From NCBI GenBank assembly GCA_950097015.1, contig CATNEN010000001.1, forward strand, positions 6,634,001-6,698,000: a stretch of 64,000 nucleotides of DNA. The letters are read 5' to 3'. The position numbers and the translations under genes are program-made. The DNA comes from Macrostomum hystrix (lineage: Eukaryota; Animalia; Platyhelminthes). Positions 50,908 through 63,907 of this stretch are shown piece by piece (the stretch's first letter is position 1; each line of letters begins with the position of its first letter). The notes beneath the pieces were generated by a model, which saw nothing but the letters and a program-made list of their open reading frames with translations, was not told the origin of the DNA and made no database searches.

Positions 50908-51636
50908 TGGTTACAGTCTTTCCTGTCTAACAGGTTACAGTCTTTCCTATCTAACAGGTTACAGTCTTTCCTATCTAACAGGTTACAGTCTCTCCTATCT
51001 AACAGGTTACAGTCATTCCTATCTAACAGGTTACAGTCTTTCCTATCTAACAGGTTACAGTCATTCCTATCTAACAGGTTACAGTCTTTCCTATCTAAAA
51101 GGTTACAGTCTTTCTTATCTAACAGGTTACAGTCTTTCTTATCTAACAGGTTACAGTCTTTCCTATCTAACAGGTTACAGTCTTTCCTATCTAACAGGTT
51201 ACAGTCATTCCTATCTAACAGGTTACAGTCATTCCTATCTAACAGGTTACAGTCTTTCCTATCTAGCAGGTTACAGTCATTCCTATCAAACAGGTTACAG
51301 TCATTCCTATCTAACAGGTTACAGTCTTTCCTATCTAACAGGTTACAGTCATTCCTATCTAACAGGTTACAGTCTTTCCTATCTAACAGGTTACAGTCTT
51401 TCCTATCTAACAGGTTACAGTCATTCCTATCTAACAGGTTACAGTCTTTCCTATCTAACAGGTTACAGTCTTTCTTATCTAACAGGTTACAGTCTTTCTT
51501 ATCTAACAGGTTACAGTCTTTCCTATCTAACAGGTTACAGTCTTTCCTATCTAACAGGTTACAGTCTTTCCTATCTAACAGGTTACAGTCTTTCCTATCT
51601 AACAGGTTACAGTCTTTCTTATCTAACAGGTTACAG
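50908..51636. repeat. 24-bp minisatellite (CAGGTTACAGTCTTTCCTATCTAA)
   Basis: Direct inspection. Confidence 0.97.
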
Positions 51637-51808
51637 GTTGCAGAATTGCCTCCTCGCTGGCTGTTGGTCTAGTGTTACCAAATGATGTGCCATTACCACA
51701 GGCCTCCTGGAAATGTTATTATTTTTATTATAAACCCATTCCAGTCCTACCAGTCTAACACGTTAGACCCACTCCTCAACTAACACTTTTCTCACTCAAA
51801 TTGCGCAG

Positions 51809-51897
51809 CGATGAACACCTCCGAGTCGACAGTTGCCCTCCAAGTCAGCTCCGGTCGACAATGCGTCACACTGCAAGTTCCCAGCGTTCGACTTCCG
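51809..51897 (+). CDS. Unidentified plus-strand gene, exon 4
   Basis: gcgcag|(A)MNTSESTVALQVSSGRQCVTLQVPSVRLP|gtgagt, phase 1-0. Confidence 0.65.
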
Positions 51898-52657
51898 GTG
51901 AGTGTTTTTCGTGATGTTTTTTAAAAAAATAGATTCATGTCTTTGTTATCCTACTAACAGTAGGAGAGTTTGAATTAATAATAATTACTTAATATAACTG
52001 TGTTAAAAAACGTAGATTTTTAAAATAATGTTTTGACAAAAATTCTGCCATATTTACTGCAATCAAAATGAAAGAAGCAAAACAACAGTTTGCTGTTACG
52101 TCAATTCTTAACGGCAGAAATTACTACTCGTATGTCCGTTGCATCTGTGTGATTGGGTTTCAAATTTTCTGTCAATGCCTACTATTGTAGAAGATGTTGA
52201 ATTCAATATCGCCTCGGGAGTTTTCCTTTCCTGTCTGAATATTAGTGAACAGAAGCAGACAGAAGAGAGTGCCGAAGATTTTCAGGAACTCATTTTGTAA
52301 AAAGCTTTCCTGTCAATTAGCTCGTAGTTGATTAGCAGTCTTTGCTGCTTCTCAAAGCTTCCGGGTTGTCTAGTATTGCGTCTTTTTGAAATCGCGATTT
52401 TGAAATCCAATATCAGTTTCAATCTCAGTCTCAATCTCAGTCTCAATCTCAATCTCAGTCTCAGTCACACTGTCAATTTTTATCTCAGCCCTATTTTTCG
52501 TAACACTATAGGCTGCCTGTCTCACATATGCATTCTGCAACTATGGGACTGTGAAGAAGCACTACTTGCAAAAAACGCAAGTAAAGTATCTTAACTTAAA
52601 ATAAAAATAATAAAAGTTTCTTTTCCGTTAGAAACACACATACAATGTCCTCTTCAA

Positions 52658-53426
52658 GGATATCACGAGGGTTCTATTACCTACTATGGATACTCGGGGG
52701 TCAATTGACACACCCGGATATCACGAGGGTTCTATTACCTACTATGGATATTCGGGGGTCAATTGACACACCTGGATATCACGAGGGTTCTATTACCTAC
52801 TATGGATACTCGGGGGTCAATTGACACACCCGGATATCACGAGGGTTCTATTACCTACTATGGATACTCGGGGGTCAATTGACAGACCCGGATATCACGA
52901 GGGTTCTATTACATACTATGGATACTCGGGGGTCAATTGACACACCCGGATATCACGAGGGTTCTATTACCTACTATGGATATTCGGGGGTCAATTGACA
53001 CACCCGGATATCACGAGGGTTCTATTACCTACTATGGATATTCGGGGGTCAATTGACACACCCGGATATCACGAGGGTTCTATTACCTACTATGGATATT
53101 CGGGGGTCAATTGACACACCCGGATATCACGAGGGTTCTATTACCTACTATGGATATTCGGGGGTCAATTGACACACCCGGATATCACGAGGGTTCTATT
53201 ACCTACTATGGATATTCGGGGGTCAATTGACACACCCGGATATCACGAGGGTTCTATTACATACTATGGATACTCGGGGGTCAATTGACACACCCGGATA
53301 TCACGAGGGTTCTATTACATACTATGGATACTCGGGGGTCAATTGACACACCCGGATATCACGAGGGTTCTATTACATACTATGGATACTCGGGGGTCAA
53401 TTGACACACCCGGATATCACGAGGGG
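52658..53426. repeat. 58-bp minisatellite with an internal palindrome
   Basis: About 13 units of GGATATCACGAGGGTTCTATTACCTACTATGGATAYTCGGGGGTCAATTGACACACCC. Confidence 0.96.
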
Positions 53427-53959
53427 TCACGTGACCTATCTACGCTCGTAGATATCATTAAGGCTCATTTTACTCACGCAGACATAATTGGTAGAACAAG
53501 TCAAAAAAGGATTTAGTAAAAGCTGAATTTTAATGTATATTTTACTGAAGTATAATAGTGGACTAAAGTTTTTAATATGTGATAGAATCATATGCAGAAA
53601 AAATGCCCTGAGGGAATTTAATATTCCAATTTCTTGAAGAAGCTGGCGTGAAAATTAAAAGAAAGAGAAAAAACTAGACTGAGAAGACATGAATTTTGAG
53701 ATGGCAAAAAAACTCAGCACAAAGATTTTCTAGTCGTTTATTTATAAATTTAGAGGCAGAATAAGATTAACTTTAGCGCGAAAGAAGATCCAACTTTTGT
53801 CACATTTTAAAGTGCGTGCTTGAAAACTGAAGACAAGACTCTAGAGATTGGCAATCTGTTAAACTTAGTGGGCACAGGAAAATGCTTCCCTAGAGCTGCA
53901 GTTCTCTTGCCATTTATATGGAAAAAACTGGATGCTCACATGTGAATCATAATTCATTT

Positions 53960-54398
53960 TCCAGTGAATGGTGATTGAGATTCCTGTGAACTGTGATCGG
54001 ATTACCTGTAAATTGTGATTGAGATAGTTGTGAATGGTGATTAAGATACCTGTGAATGGTGATTAAGATACCTGTGAATGGTGATTAAGATAACTGTGAA
54101 TGGTGATTAAGATACCTGCGAAATGGTGATTAAGATACCTGTGAATGGTGATTAAGATACCTGAGAAATGGTGACCGGATTACCTGTGAATGGTGATCGG
54201 ATTACCTGGGAATGGTGACCGGATTACCTGTGAATGGTGATCGCATTACCTGTGAATGGTGATCGGATTACCTGTGAATGGTGAATCGGATTACCTGTGA
54301 ATGGTGACCGGATTACCTGTGAATGGTGATCGGATTACCTGTGAATGGTGAATCGGATTACCTGTGAATGGTGACCGGATTACCTGTGAATGGTGATC
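53960..54398. repeat. ~22-bp minisatellite (CCTGTGAATGGTGATCGGATTA)
   Basis: Direct inspection. Confidence 0.93.
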
Positions 54399-54989
54399 GT
54401 AATACAAATGAATTGTGATAAAATTACCTTTGATTGGATAAAGGACTACTGTACATGATCTGCCTAACTTCTGTATACAATTTCGTGGATGGCTTAAACT
54501 AGCTTTGGACAGAAAATTCCGTGAATGTTGAATAAAAACACACCGTTCAGTCATCGTTTCCTAAAAAAGTTTTTTCCAATTTCGATTATTATACGTCCTT
54601 GCGGCACACTAAAAACAGGCCAAGAAAATGAAGCGCGTTTTGCGTTTACCAAATTCGGAAAAATGCAACAATCATCTGACGAGACGCTCTACAAATTTCT
54701 ATTGGTCAAGGAGATGCCTTAGTTCAACAATCATTGGCTGTCGAGAAAATGAGGGGTAGAGGTGAGATGACTGACAGCAGGTGCGGGCATGAAGTAAAGG
54801 ATTAGACAGATTCGCAAACTAGCAAAAAATACTTCCCTATACTTCTTTCCCTGAGGCCATCAAAACTCAGCAGCATCAGAACTTCATCTTGCATGGCTGA
54901 GGATTGAGTTAAAGACTTCAAAAAATCCCATAACAAGTCAACAGCTCTGACTACAGTGAAGTTCCCGCTAATTAACTCGGTTAAACAGC

Positions 54990-55010
54990 ATGAGTAGTAA
55001 GCAAGAGATT

Positions 55011-55064
<54 letters not shown>

Positions 55065-55211
55065 TTGCAGTCACGCCAAGCCAAATCGACCCTTGCCCAA
55101 AGCCAAGCCATGGCCGGGTCATCCTCAGTTGGAAGGTTTCGAATTTTGAAACGAACAAACACCTGCAGTGCTCAGGTGTTTGCAGACAAACTGCGGCCTC
55201 TGGTGCAGACG
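54990..55211 (+). CDS. Probable alternative first coding exon (polyQ) of the plus-strand gene
   Basis: MSSKQEIQ(n)...GRFRILKRTNTCSAQVFADKLRPLVQT|gtaact, phase-0 donor; CCAAT/ATTGG boxes about 250-300 bp upstream. Confidence 0.55.
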
Positions 55212-55254
55212 GTAACTGCTTGGGGATCTGGGATAATTGGGATCAGTGTAGAAA

Positions 55255-55690
55255 TCGGGATACGATTATGAAATGGGGATACGATTATGAAATGGGGATC
55301 AGATTATGAAATGGGGATCAGATTATGAAATGGGGATCAGATTATGATATGGGGATCAGATTATGAAATGGGGATCAGATTATGAAATGGGGATCAGATT
55401 ATGAAATGGGGATCAGATTATGAAATTGAGACTGGATCAGATTATGATATGGGGATCAGATTATGAAATGGGGATCAGATTATGAAATGGGGATCAGATT
55501 ATGAAATTGAGACTGGATCAGATTATGATATGGGGATCAGATTATGAAATGGGGATCAGATTATGAAATGGGAATCAGATTATGAAATGGGGATCAGATT
55601 ATGAAATGGGGATCAGATTATGATATGGGGATCAGATTATGAAATGGGGATCAGATTATGAACTGAAATGGTGATCTGGGTATGAAATGA
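55255..55690. repeat. 19-bp minisatellite (GATTATGAAATGGGGATCA)
   Basis: Direct inspection. Confidence 0.95.
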
Positions 55691-55999
55691 ACACGGCATC
55701 TTAGGTTAGTAAGGCAGAAAACGTCGTAGTCAAGACAAAAATTTTTTGGAGTTTACGAGCCCGTCATTGTAGCATTTCAAAAGAAAGCCGACCGTAAAGC
55801 ATCTTTTTCATTTTTCTCCGCAACGGAGCAGTGTTCTAGATTCATAACAAGGTGGAATTTGTTAGATTAAAATAAGTTTTTCATTCATTCCTTTCATTTC
55901 TCATTTATTTTTTATGGACTCTTTCACTGCCTTTTGGCATTTTTGTTGCAACAAGCGCAATATGAAACACGACTGTCTGATTAGCTTTATAAGCAGGAA

Positions 56000-56535
56000 T
56001 GCCTGTCTGTATGTCTGCCTGTCTGTATGTCTGCCTGTCTGTATGTCTGCCTGTCTGTATGTCTGCCTGTCTGTATGTCTGCCTGTCTGTCTGTATGTCT
56101 GCCTGTCTGTATGTCTGCCTGTCTGTATGTCTGCCTGTCTGTATGTCTGCCTGTCTGTCTGTATGTCTGCCTGTCTGTATGTCTGCCTGTCTGTATGTCT
56201 GCCTGTCTGTATGTCTGCCTGTCTGTATGTCTGCCTGTCTGTATGTCTGCCTGTCTGTATGTCTGCCTGTCTGTCTGTATGTCTGCCTGTCTGTATGTCT
56301 GCCTGTCTGTATGTCTGCCTGTCTGTATGTCTGCCTGTCTGTCTGTATGTCTGCCTGTCTGTATGTCTGCCTGTCTGTATGTCTGCCTGTCTGTATGTCT
56401 GCCTGTCTGTATGTCTGCCTGTCTGTATGTCTGTCTGTCTGTATGTCTGTCTGTCTGTATGTCTGCCTGTCTGTATGTCTGTCTGTCTGTATGTCTGCCT
56501 GTCTGTATGTCTGCCTGTCTGTATGTCTGCCTGTC
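56000..56535. repeat. 16-bp minisatellite (TGTCTGCCTGTCTGTA)
   Basis: Direct inspection. Confidence 0.96.
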
Positions 56536-56536
56536 T

Positions 56537-57452
56537 TAATCTCAGTCTTAATCTCAGTATCAAGAGACTGCGATTTAGATTACGATTCAGATTGAGATTG
56601 AGACTGAGATTGAGATTGCGATGGAAACTGAGATTGAGACTGAGATTGAGATTGCGATGGAAACTGAGATTGAGACTGAGATTGAGACTGAGATTGAGAC
56701 TGAGATTGAGACTGAGATTGAGATTGAGATTGAGACTGAGATTGAGACTGAGATTGAGATTGAGACTGAGATAATCTCAGTTTCAATCTCTGTCTGTATC
56801 TCAATCTAAATCTCAGTCGCAATCTCAATCTCACTCTCAATCTCAATCTCACTCTCAATCTCAATCTCAATCTCAGTCTCAATCTCAATCTCAGTCTTAA
56901 TCTCAATCTCAGTCTCAATCTCAATCTCAGTCTCAGTCTCAATCTCAGTCTCAGTCCTTATCTCAGTCTCAATCTCTGTCTGTATCTCAATCTTAATCTC
57001 AGTCTCAATCTCAGTCTCAGTCCTTATTTTAGTCTTATTTTAGTAGAGGTTGTAGCCTAGTGGTTAGGGCGTCGGAGTCACGACTTGAAGGTCGGGGGTT
57101 CGATTCCCGACTCCCCTGAACAATTTGTGTCCTTTAGCAAGACACTTAACTCTGCATTGCTTCAGTTCACCCAGCTGTTAAATGGGTACCAGCATCAGCT
57201 GGGATAATTGAAGGTGGGTGTGGCGTCCCCCCAGTCCATGGACTGAACAGCTGTACGCAGCCTTCAGATGCGCCGCGCATTAGCTGCGGCTGTGCTGTCG
57301 GCTGCACATCTGACCCAATTGGGGCAGGTGTAATCAATTATTATTATTATTAATTATTATTATTATTAGTCTCAATCTCTGTCTGTATCTCAATCTTAAT
57401 CTCAGTCTCAATCTCAATCTCAGTCTCAGTCCCTTGAGACTGAGATTGAGAC
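56537..57452. repeat. (GAGAYT)n satellite with orientation switches, interrupted by a SINE
   Basis: A GAGATTGAGACT tract flips to AATCTCAGTCTC at about 56772. Confidence 0.93.
57045..57367 (+). mobile_element. Family-1 CORE-type tRNA SINE, full length
   Basis: Near-identical to the 45165 copy; (ATT)n tail. Confidence 0.92.
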
Positions 57453-57701
57453 GTTTAAGTTTAGCTTTTTTGTTAGACAGAGATGACACGAAGCCAAGTT
57501 GAGCCAGATGCAAAGTCAGTGGGACAGCCGGGGCAATGTCGTGAGGATTCCCAAAACTTTGCATGTACAGTCCATGGACTTAGGTAGTCCGCATCACTAA
57601 GCCGAGTTTCCACATAAAGTGATACTGGAACACATGACACAGCTGACTGAACTGAAGCTACAGTTTTCACTAGGTAGTTAAATATTCTATTTCATTGGCA
57701 G

Positions 57702-57815
57702 ATCAAACGTCACGGCAGTTCGGCAAGTTTAACCAGCGACAATGAAGAAGAGGTCGAGCCTACCAAGGAGAATTTGCACCGGAGAGGTCGCCGAGCAGCT
57801 ATCTACAATTCTAAG
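57702..57815 (+). CDS. Unidentified plus-strand gene, shared downstream exon
   Basis: ttggcag|IKRHGSSASLTSDNEEEVEPTKENLHRRGRRAAIYNSK|gttagc; 114 nt, phase 0-0. Confidence 0.7.
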
Positions 57816-58127
57816 GTTAGCCGAGTGCTCTTTGTTATAATTTGATTCCGGATATTTTAAATTGGGGCACAATTGACACATTTCTAAGAAAGTGTTTTAC
57901 CGTCTTAAGTATTAAAAAAATTTAAAAAAATGTAACAAACTTAAACAAATTTTTCAGCTCAAAAAACTAAAATTCAGAAATTTCATTGGTTAATTTTTTG
58001 ATTAAAAAATTTAACTTTCGAAAATGTTTTTTTTGCTTTGCGGATACATTTGTGAGAAAAGAAAGTTGCTTCTTGCTTTAATTACTACTTTTTTTCTAAA
58101 GACTTTTTTCGTCTTAGTCTTAACAAA

Positions 58128-58690
58128 CCTAGAATGACCCCAACTTAGAATGACCCTCACTTAGAATGACCTCTACTTAGAATGACCCCAACTTAGAATG
58201 ACCCTCAATTAGAATGAACTCTACTTAGAATGACCTCTACTTAGAATGACCTCTACTTAGAATGACCTCTACTTAGAATGACCTCTACTTAGAATGACCA
58301 CTTCTTAGAATGACCCTCACTTAGAATGACCTCTACTTAGAATGACCTCTACTTAGAATGACCCCATCTAAGAATGACCTCTACTTAGAATGACCTCTAC
58401 TTAGAATGACCTCTTCTTAGAATGACCTCTACTTAGAATGGCCCCAACTTAGAATGACCCTCACTTACAAATGACCTCTACTTAGAATGACTTCTAGTTA
58501 GAATGACCCCATCTAAGAATGACCTCTACTTAGAATAGCCCCAACTTAGAATAACCCTCACTTAGAATGACCTCTACTTAGAATGACCCAAACTTTGAAT
58601 GACCCTCACTTAGAATGACCCCACTTAGAATGACCCCCACTTGGAATGACCCCACTTAGAATGACCCCCACGTAGAATGACCCAAATAAG
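58128..58690. repeat. 16/17-bp minisatellite (TTAGAATGACCTCTAC)
   Basis: Direct inspection. Confidence 0.95.
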
Positions 58691-59149
58691 AATAAAATTA
58701 TAATGTTAGAAATTAAATACATTACATAAACGTTCTAGTCCTGACTAACAGAAATGCACTTTTTCATCACAATGGTATAGCTTTCTTGTTTTTGTAAACA
58801 ATGCCTTTTAACCTGGATCTGGGAAACGTCCTTAGCTGATGTCCCACAGGAATTAGTCATTAATTTCTGCCCGGAACCGCGCGACAGAGCCAATTGACAT
58901 TTAGGCACTCGCGCTATATGTTTAGAAAAGTTTATTTTGTGCTTTGTAGTAAAAAAGCATAATTGACTAGATAGCATTATGCATTATTATTTATTATTAA
59001 TCTTTGAAAAACCTAACAGTCAAAATAATTATTCTAGATTAATTTAAAACCTGATTTGGCAACTTTATATTTCTTTATATAGAGCTTCTATACTATATTC
59101 GTCATGTACGCTTAGTTACAATTAGATTGCATCTATATCGAAAATCATA

Positions 59150-60620
59150 GCCAACTGAACAATCAGAGGATGGGCTAATAGCAGCTACCTGAAGAATCAG
59201 AGGATGGGCTAATAGCAGCTGCCTGAAGAATCAGAGGATGGGCTAATAGCAGCTGCCTGAAGAATCAGAGGATGGGCTAATAGCAGCCATGTGAACAATC
59301 AGAGGATGGGCTAATAGCAGCTACCTGAACAATCAGAGGATGGGCTAATAGCAGCTACCTGAAGAATCAGAGGATGGGCTAATAGCAGCTGCCTGAAGAA
59401 TCAGAGGATGGGCTAATAGCAGTCACCTGAAGAATCAGAGGATGGGCTAATAGCAGTCACCTGAAGAATCAGAGGATGGGCTAATAGCAGCCACCTGAAG
59501 AATCAGAGGATGGGCTAATAGCAGTCACCTGAACAATCAGAGGATGGGCTAATAGCAGCTACCTGAAGAATCAGAGGATGGGCTAATAGCAGCTGCCTGA
59601 AGAATCAGAGGATGGGCTAATAGCAGTCACCTGAAGAATCAGAGGATGGGCTAATAGCAGCCATGTGAACAATCAGAGGATGGGCTAATAGCAGCCACCT
59701 GAAGAATCAGAGGATGGGCTAATAGCAGTCACCTGAAGAATCAGAGGATGGGCTAATAGCAGTCACCTGAAGAATCAGAGGATGGGCTAATAGCAGCCAC
59801 CTGAAGAATCAGAGGATGGGCTAATAGCAGTCACCTGAAGAATCAGAGGATGGGCTAATAGCAGTCACCTGAAGAATCAGAGGATGGGCTAAAAGCAGAT
59901 ACCTGAAGAATCAGAGGATGGGCTAATAGCAGATACCTAATGAATCAGAGGATGGGCTAATAGCAGTCACCTGAAGAATCAGAGGATGGGCTAATAGCAG
60001 TCACCTGAAGAATCAGAGGATGGGCTAATAGCAGCCACCTGAAGAATCAGAGGATGGGCTAATAGCAGTCACCTGAAGAATCAGAGGATGGGCTAATAGC
60101 AGTCACCTGAAGAATCAGAGGATGGGCTAAAAGCAGATACCTGAAGAATCAGAGGATGGGCTAATAGCAGATACCTAATGAATCAGAGGATGGGCTAATA
60201 GCAGCCATGTGAACAATCAGAGGATGGGCTAATAGCAGCTGCCTGAAGAATCAGAGGATGGGCTAATAGCAGTCACCTGAAGAATCAGAGGATGGGCTAA
60301 AAGCAGCTGCCTGAAGAATAAGAGGATGGGCTAATAGCAGATACCTGAAGAATCAGAGGATGGGCTAATAGCAGTCACCTGAAGAATCAGAGGATGGGCT
60401 AATAGCAGTCACCTGAAGAATCAGAGGATGGGCTAATAGCAGTCACCTGAAGAATCAGAGGATGGGCTAATAGCAGATACCTGAAGAATCAGAGGATGGG
60501 CTAATAGCAGTCACCTGAAGAATCAGAGGATGGGCTAATAGCAGTCACCTGAAGAATCAGAGGATGGGCTAATAGCAGCCACCTGAAGAATCAGAGGATG
60601 GGCTAATAGCAGACACCTGA
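59150..60620. repeat. 34-bp minisatellite (AATCAGAGGATGGGCTAATAGCAGTCACCTGAAG)
   Basis: Direct inspection. Confidence 0.97.
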
Positions 60621-61231
60621 GAAATGGTCACCGAATGTGTTATCATCGATAAGCATTGGTGACGACGTTTTGACATGAACAAGACGAAAAACTGATTGAA
60701 TAAATTATATAGTAACGACATGTGAAATATATTTAAATTCATAACCAGCTTGTCCTATTTCGATCTGTTTTGTGTTGCCAGGTGAAATAAAACTATAACC
60801 TCAATTAGAAAATGTAAAGCCAAAATATGATTAATTATTGCTGTGCACAATTTCTATAAGTCTTATACATATCTGCCCGCATCTAAAGCTCATTTCCTCC
60901 AAGACAGTATTCCCATGAGAAGGGGCCTCGGACGCACATATCCCAGCTTAATCGAATGGCCAATGTCGGTCCCGTAGGCTGAAGCCTGAGCGTAGATTTC
61001 CTATGCCGTGTTCCATTTCGAAGCGAAACAGACAGGGAACAGAAATGAAATCAGAAATCAGAAATATGCTACATAAAACAGCATATTTTGTGACCGCTAC
61101 CTGAAAATTTTTTCTGACTCTCCGTGTGGTCGGTCGTTTATATTTATTTACCTTTGAATTATGATGTCAACAAAACAAATTATTAGTCATGGAGTTGGGC
61201 AGAGTTAATGAAGTACCTACTCGTAAAATAG

Positions 61232-61968
61232 GATTGATAATGAGATTGAGATTGAGATTGAGAGTGAGATTGAAACTGAGATTGATAATGAGACTGAGAT
61301 TGATAATGAGACTGAGATTGATAATGAGACTGAGATTGATAATGACACTGAGATTGATAATGACACTGAGATTGATAATGAGACTGAGATTGATAATGAG
61401 ACTGAGATTGATAATGAGACTGAGGCTGAGACTGAGACGAGATTGATAATGAGACTGAGGCTGAGACTGAGACGAGATTGATAATGAGACTGAGGCTGAG
61501 ACTGAGACGAGATTGAGACTGAGACTGAGATTGATAATGAGACTGAGATTGATAATGAGACTGAGATTGATAATGAGACTGAGATTGAGATTGAGACTGA
61601 GATTGAGATTGAGACTGAGACTGAGATTGATAATGAGACTGAGATTGATAATGAGACTGAGATTGATAATGAGACTGAGATTGATAATGAGACTGAGATT
61701 GATAATGAGACTGAGGCTGAGACTGAGACTGAGACTGAGACTGAGACGAGATTGAGACTGAGATTGAGATTGTGACTGAGATTGAGACTGAGATTGATAA
61801 TGAGACTGAGATTGATAATGAGACTGAGATTGATAATGAGACTGAGGCTGAGACTGAGACTGAGACTGAGACGAGATTGAGACTGAGATTGAGATTGTGA
61901 CTGAGATTGAGACTGAGATTGAGACTGAGATTGAGACTGAGACTGAGACTGCAAATGAGACTGAGATT
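61232..61968. repeat. GAGACTGAGATTGATAAT / GAGAYT satellite
   Basis: Same family as the 56537 array and the short tract at 52420-52465. Confidence 0.95.
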
Positions 61969-62513
61969 AAAATATTTAATTAGATCATTAAAATAATAAA
62001 TATACGAGTCTAAATATAAGAATCTAACGATTAACGGTAATCTACACCGAGCACAGTAGGAAGTCTCTATGCTCTCCTTGCAGACTTATTTCTCTCTCGT
62101 GTTGTCATCTGTCATGATTTATATTTTTCCCGGGCCTGGGACTGCATGGCGTGATGGCAGAGAAAATTTTAACAAAAGGAAATGACCGGTAGAATTAGGG
62201 TCCGATGTGCATAACTGGTCAGAGAAAATTATATACTGCAGATATATGAGTTAGATACGTATTGCTGGAAAATTCATCTATCAACATTTGGCAGCCCAAT
62301 TTATTTTTATTTTCTTTAAATCGGTTCTGCACTGTTTGAATAATAATTATTCATTTGATTAATAATTTGATAATAAATTAATTTATTAAGTTAATTAGAT
62401 TCATAATTTAAAAAATAAATTAATTTGATAATTTAATTTGATTAATCTCATAAAAACGTACCTATCATAACGAGGTACCTACCAATTGATTAGTAGGGGC
62501 AAAGTAGACTATT

Positions 62514-62830
62514 AATAATAATAATAATAATAATAATTGATTACACCTGCCCCAATTGGGTCAGATGTGCAGCCGACAGCACAGCCGCAGCTATTGCGCG
62601 GCGCATCTGAAGGCTGCGTACAGCTGTTCAGTCCATGGACTGGGGGGACGCCACACCCACCTTCAATTATCCCAGCTGATGCTGGTACCTATTTAACAGC
62701 TGGGTGAACTGAAGCAATGCAGAGTTAAGTGTCTTGCTAAAGGACGCAAATTGTTCCAGTGGAGTCAGGAATCGAACCCCCGACCTTTAAGTCGTGAGTC
62801 CGACGCCCTAACCACTAGGCTACAACCTCT
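62514..62830 (-). mobile_element. Family-1 CORE-type tRNA SINE, full length
   Basis: Reverse complement of the 45165 copy; CTATTAA at both flanks (62509-62515 and 62835-62841). Confidence 0.92.
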
Positions 62831-62834
62831 CACT

Positions 62835-63300
62835 CTATTAAAATATGAGTAGAGTGAGAAGTAGACTATTAAAATATGAGTAGAGTGAGAAGTAGGCTAT
62901 TAAAATAGGAGTAGAGTGAGAAGTGGACTATTAAAATAGGAGTAGAGTGAGAAGTGGACTATTAAAATAGGAGTAGAGTGAGATGTGGACTATTAAAATA
63001 GGAGTAGAGTGAGATGTGGACTATTAAAATAGGAGTAGAGTGAGAAGTAGGCTATTAAAATAGGAGTAGAGTGAGATGTGGACTATTAAAATAGGAGTAG
63101 AGTGAGAAGTAGGCTATTAAAATAGGAGTAAGGTGAGAAGTAGACTATTAAAATAGGAGTAAGGTGAGAAGAAGACTATTAAAATAGGAGTAAGGTGAGA
63201 AGAAGACTATTAAAATTGGAGTAGACTGGGAAGAAGACTATTAAAATAGGAGTAGACTGGGAAGAAGACTATTAAAAGTGGAGTAGAGTGAGAAGTAGTC
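62835..63300. repeat. ~30-bp minisatellite (GAGTAGAGTGAGAAGTGGACTATTAAAATAG)
   Basis: Direct inspection. Confidence 0.94.
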
Positions 63301-63907
63301 GATAGAATCCTGAGTAGACTGCATGGGACGGGATCCCCAGGACGGGGAGTTGGGGTGAGAAGTAGATTAGGTAGGGCAAAGTGCTCAGTAGTATTAGCAC
63401 ACTGAGTTGCGCGAAAGGAAAACGCAGCGAACGAGATTATAAATCGATGGCAGACCGATCGCCAAAAAAAGATGAGTAAAAGACGAATCTAAAGAAGCTC
63501 AGAAGGGTTTCAAATTACAGGACAAAAGTAGGCTGATAAAATCCCTAGCAGAATTCTGCCATGATTATCATGATTATCGGCCTTACCTTCTTTCTTGGAG
63601 TAGATTATCCGACTTAAGCCGAATCTAGTGCAAGTGGCATTGTTCCCACCTAGAAACATGCCCTCTTCTTATTTGAACTGCGGCTTCTGTGTCTGAGCAA
63701 ACAAGTCTGCGGATGAATACCGCGCTTAGCAATGGAACATGCTGAAGATTTGAGAACAAGCCCTGTTCAATGATGGGATGGATAAATTTGTGATGTAGAA
63801 TGTCTGAATAAATTTTCTAGAGATGAATTTTTAATTCGTTTAGTAAAGTGAATATCAAAATATAAGAAGAAAAAAATGGTGAGGGATAGAAGACAAAGGA
63901 CGGTCGA

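Noticed and set aside
45165-62830. SINE targeting of minisatellites (3 of 4 young copies lie in or at arrays)
   Set aside because: Arrays cover about 45% of the window, so this is compatible with chance.
60900-63800. Further exons of the plus-strand gene, or a minus-strand exon ending at about 63588
   Set aside because: Candidate acceptors lead quickly to stops and no recognisable protein emerges.
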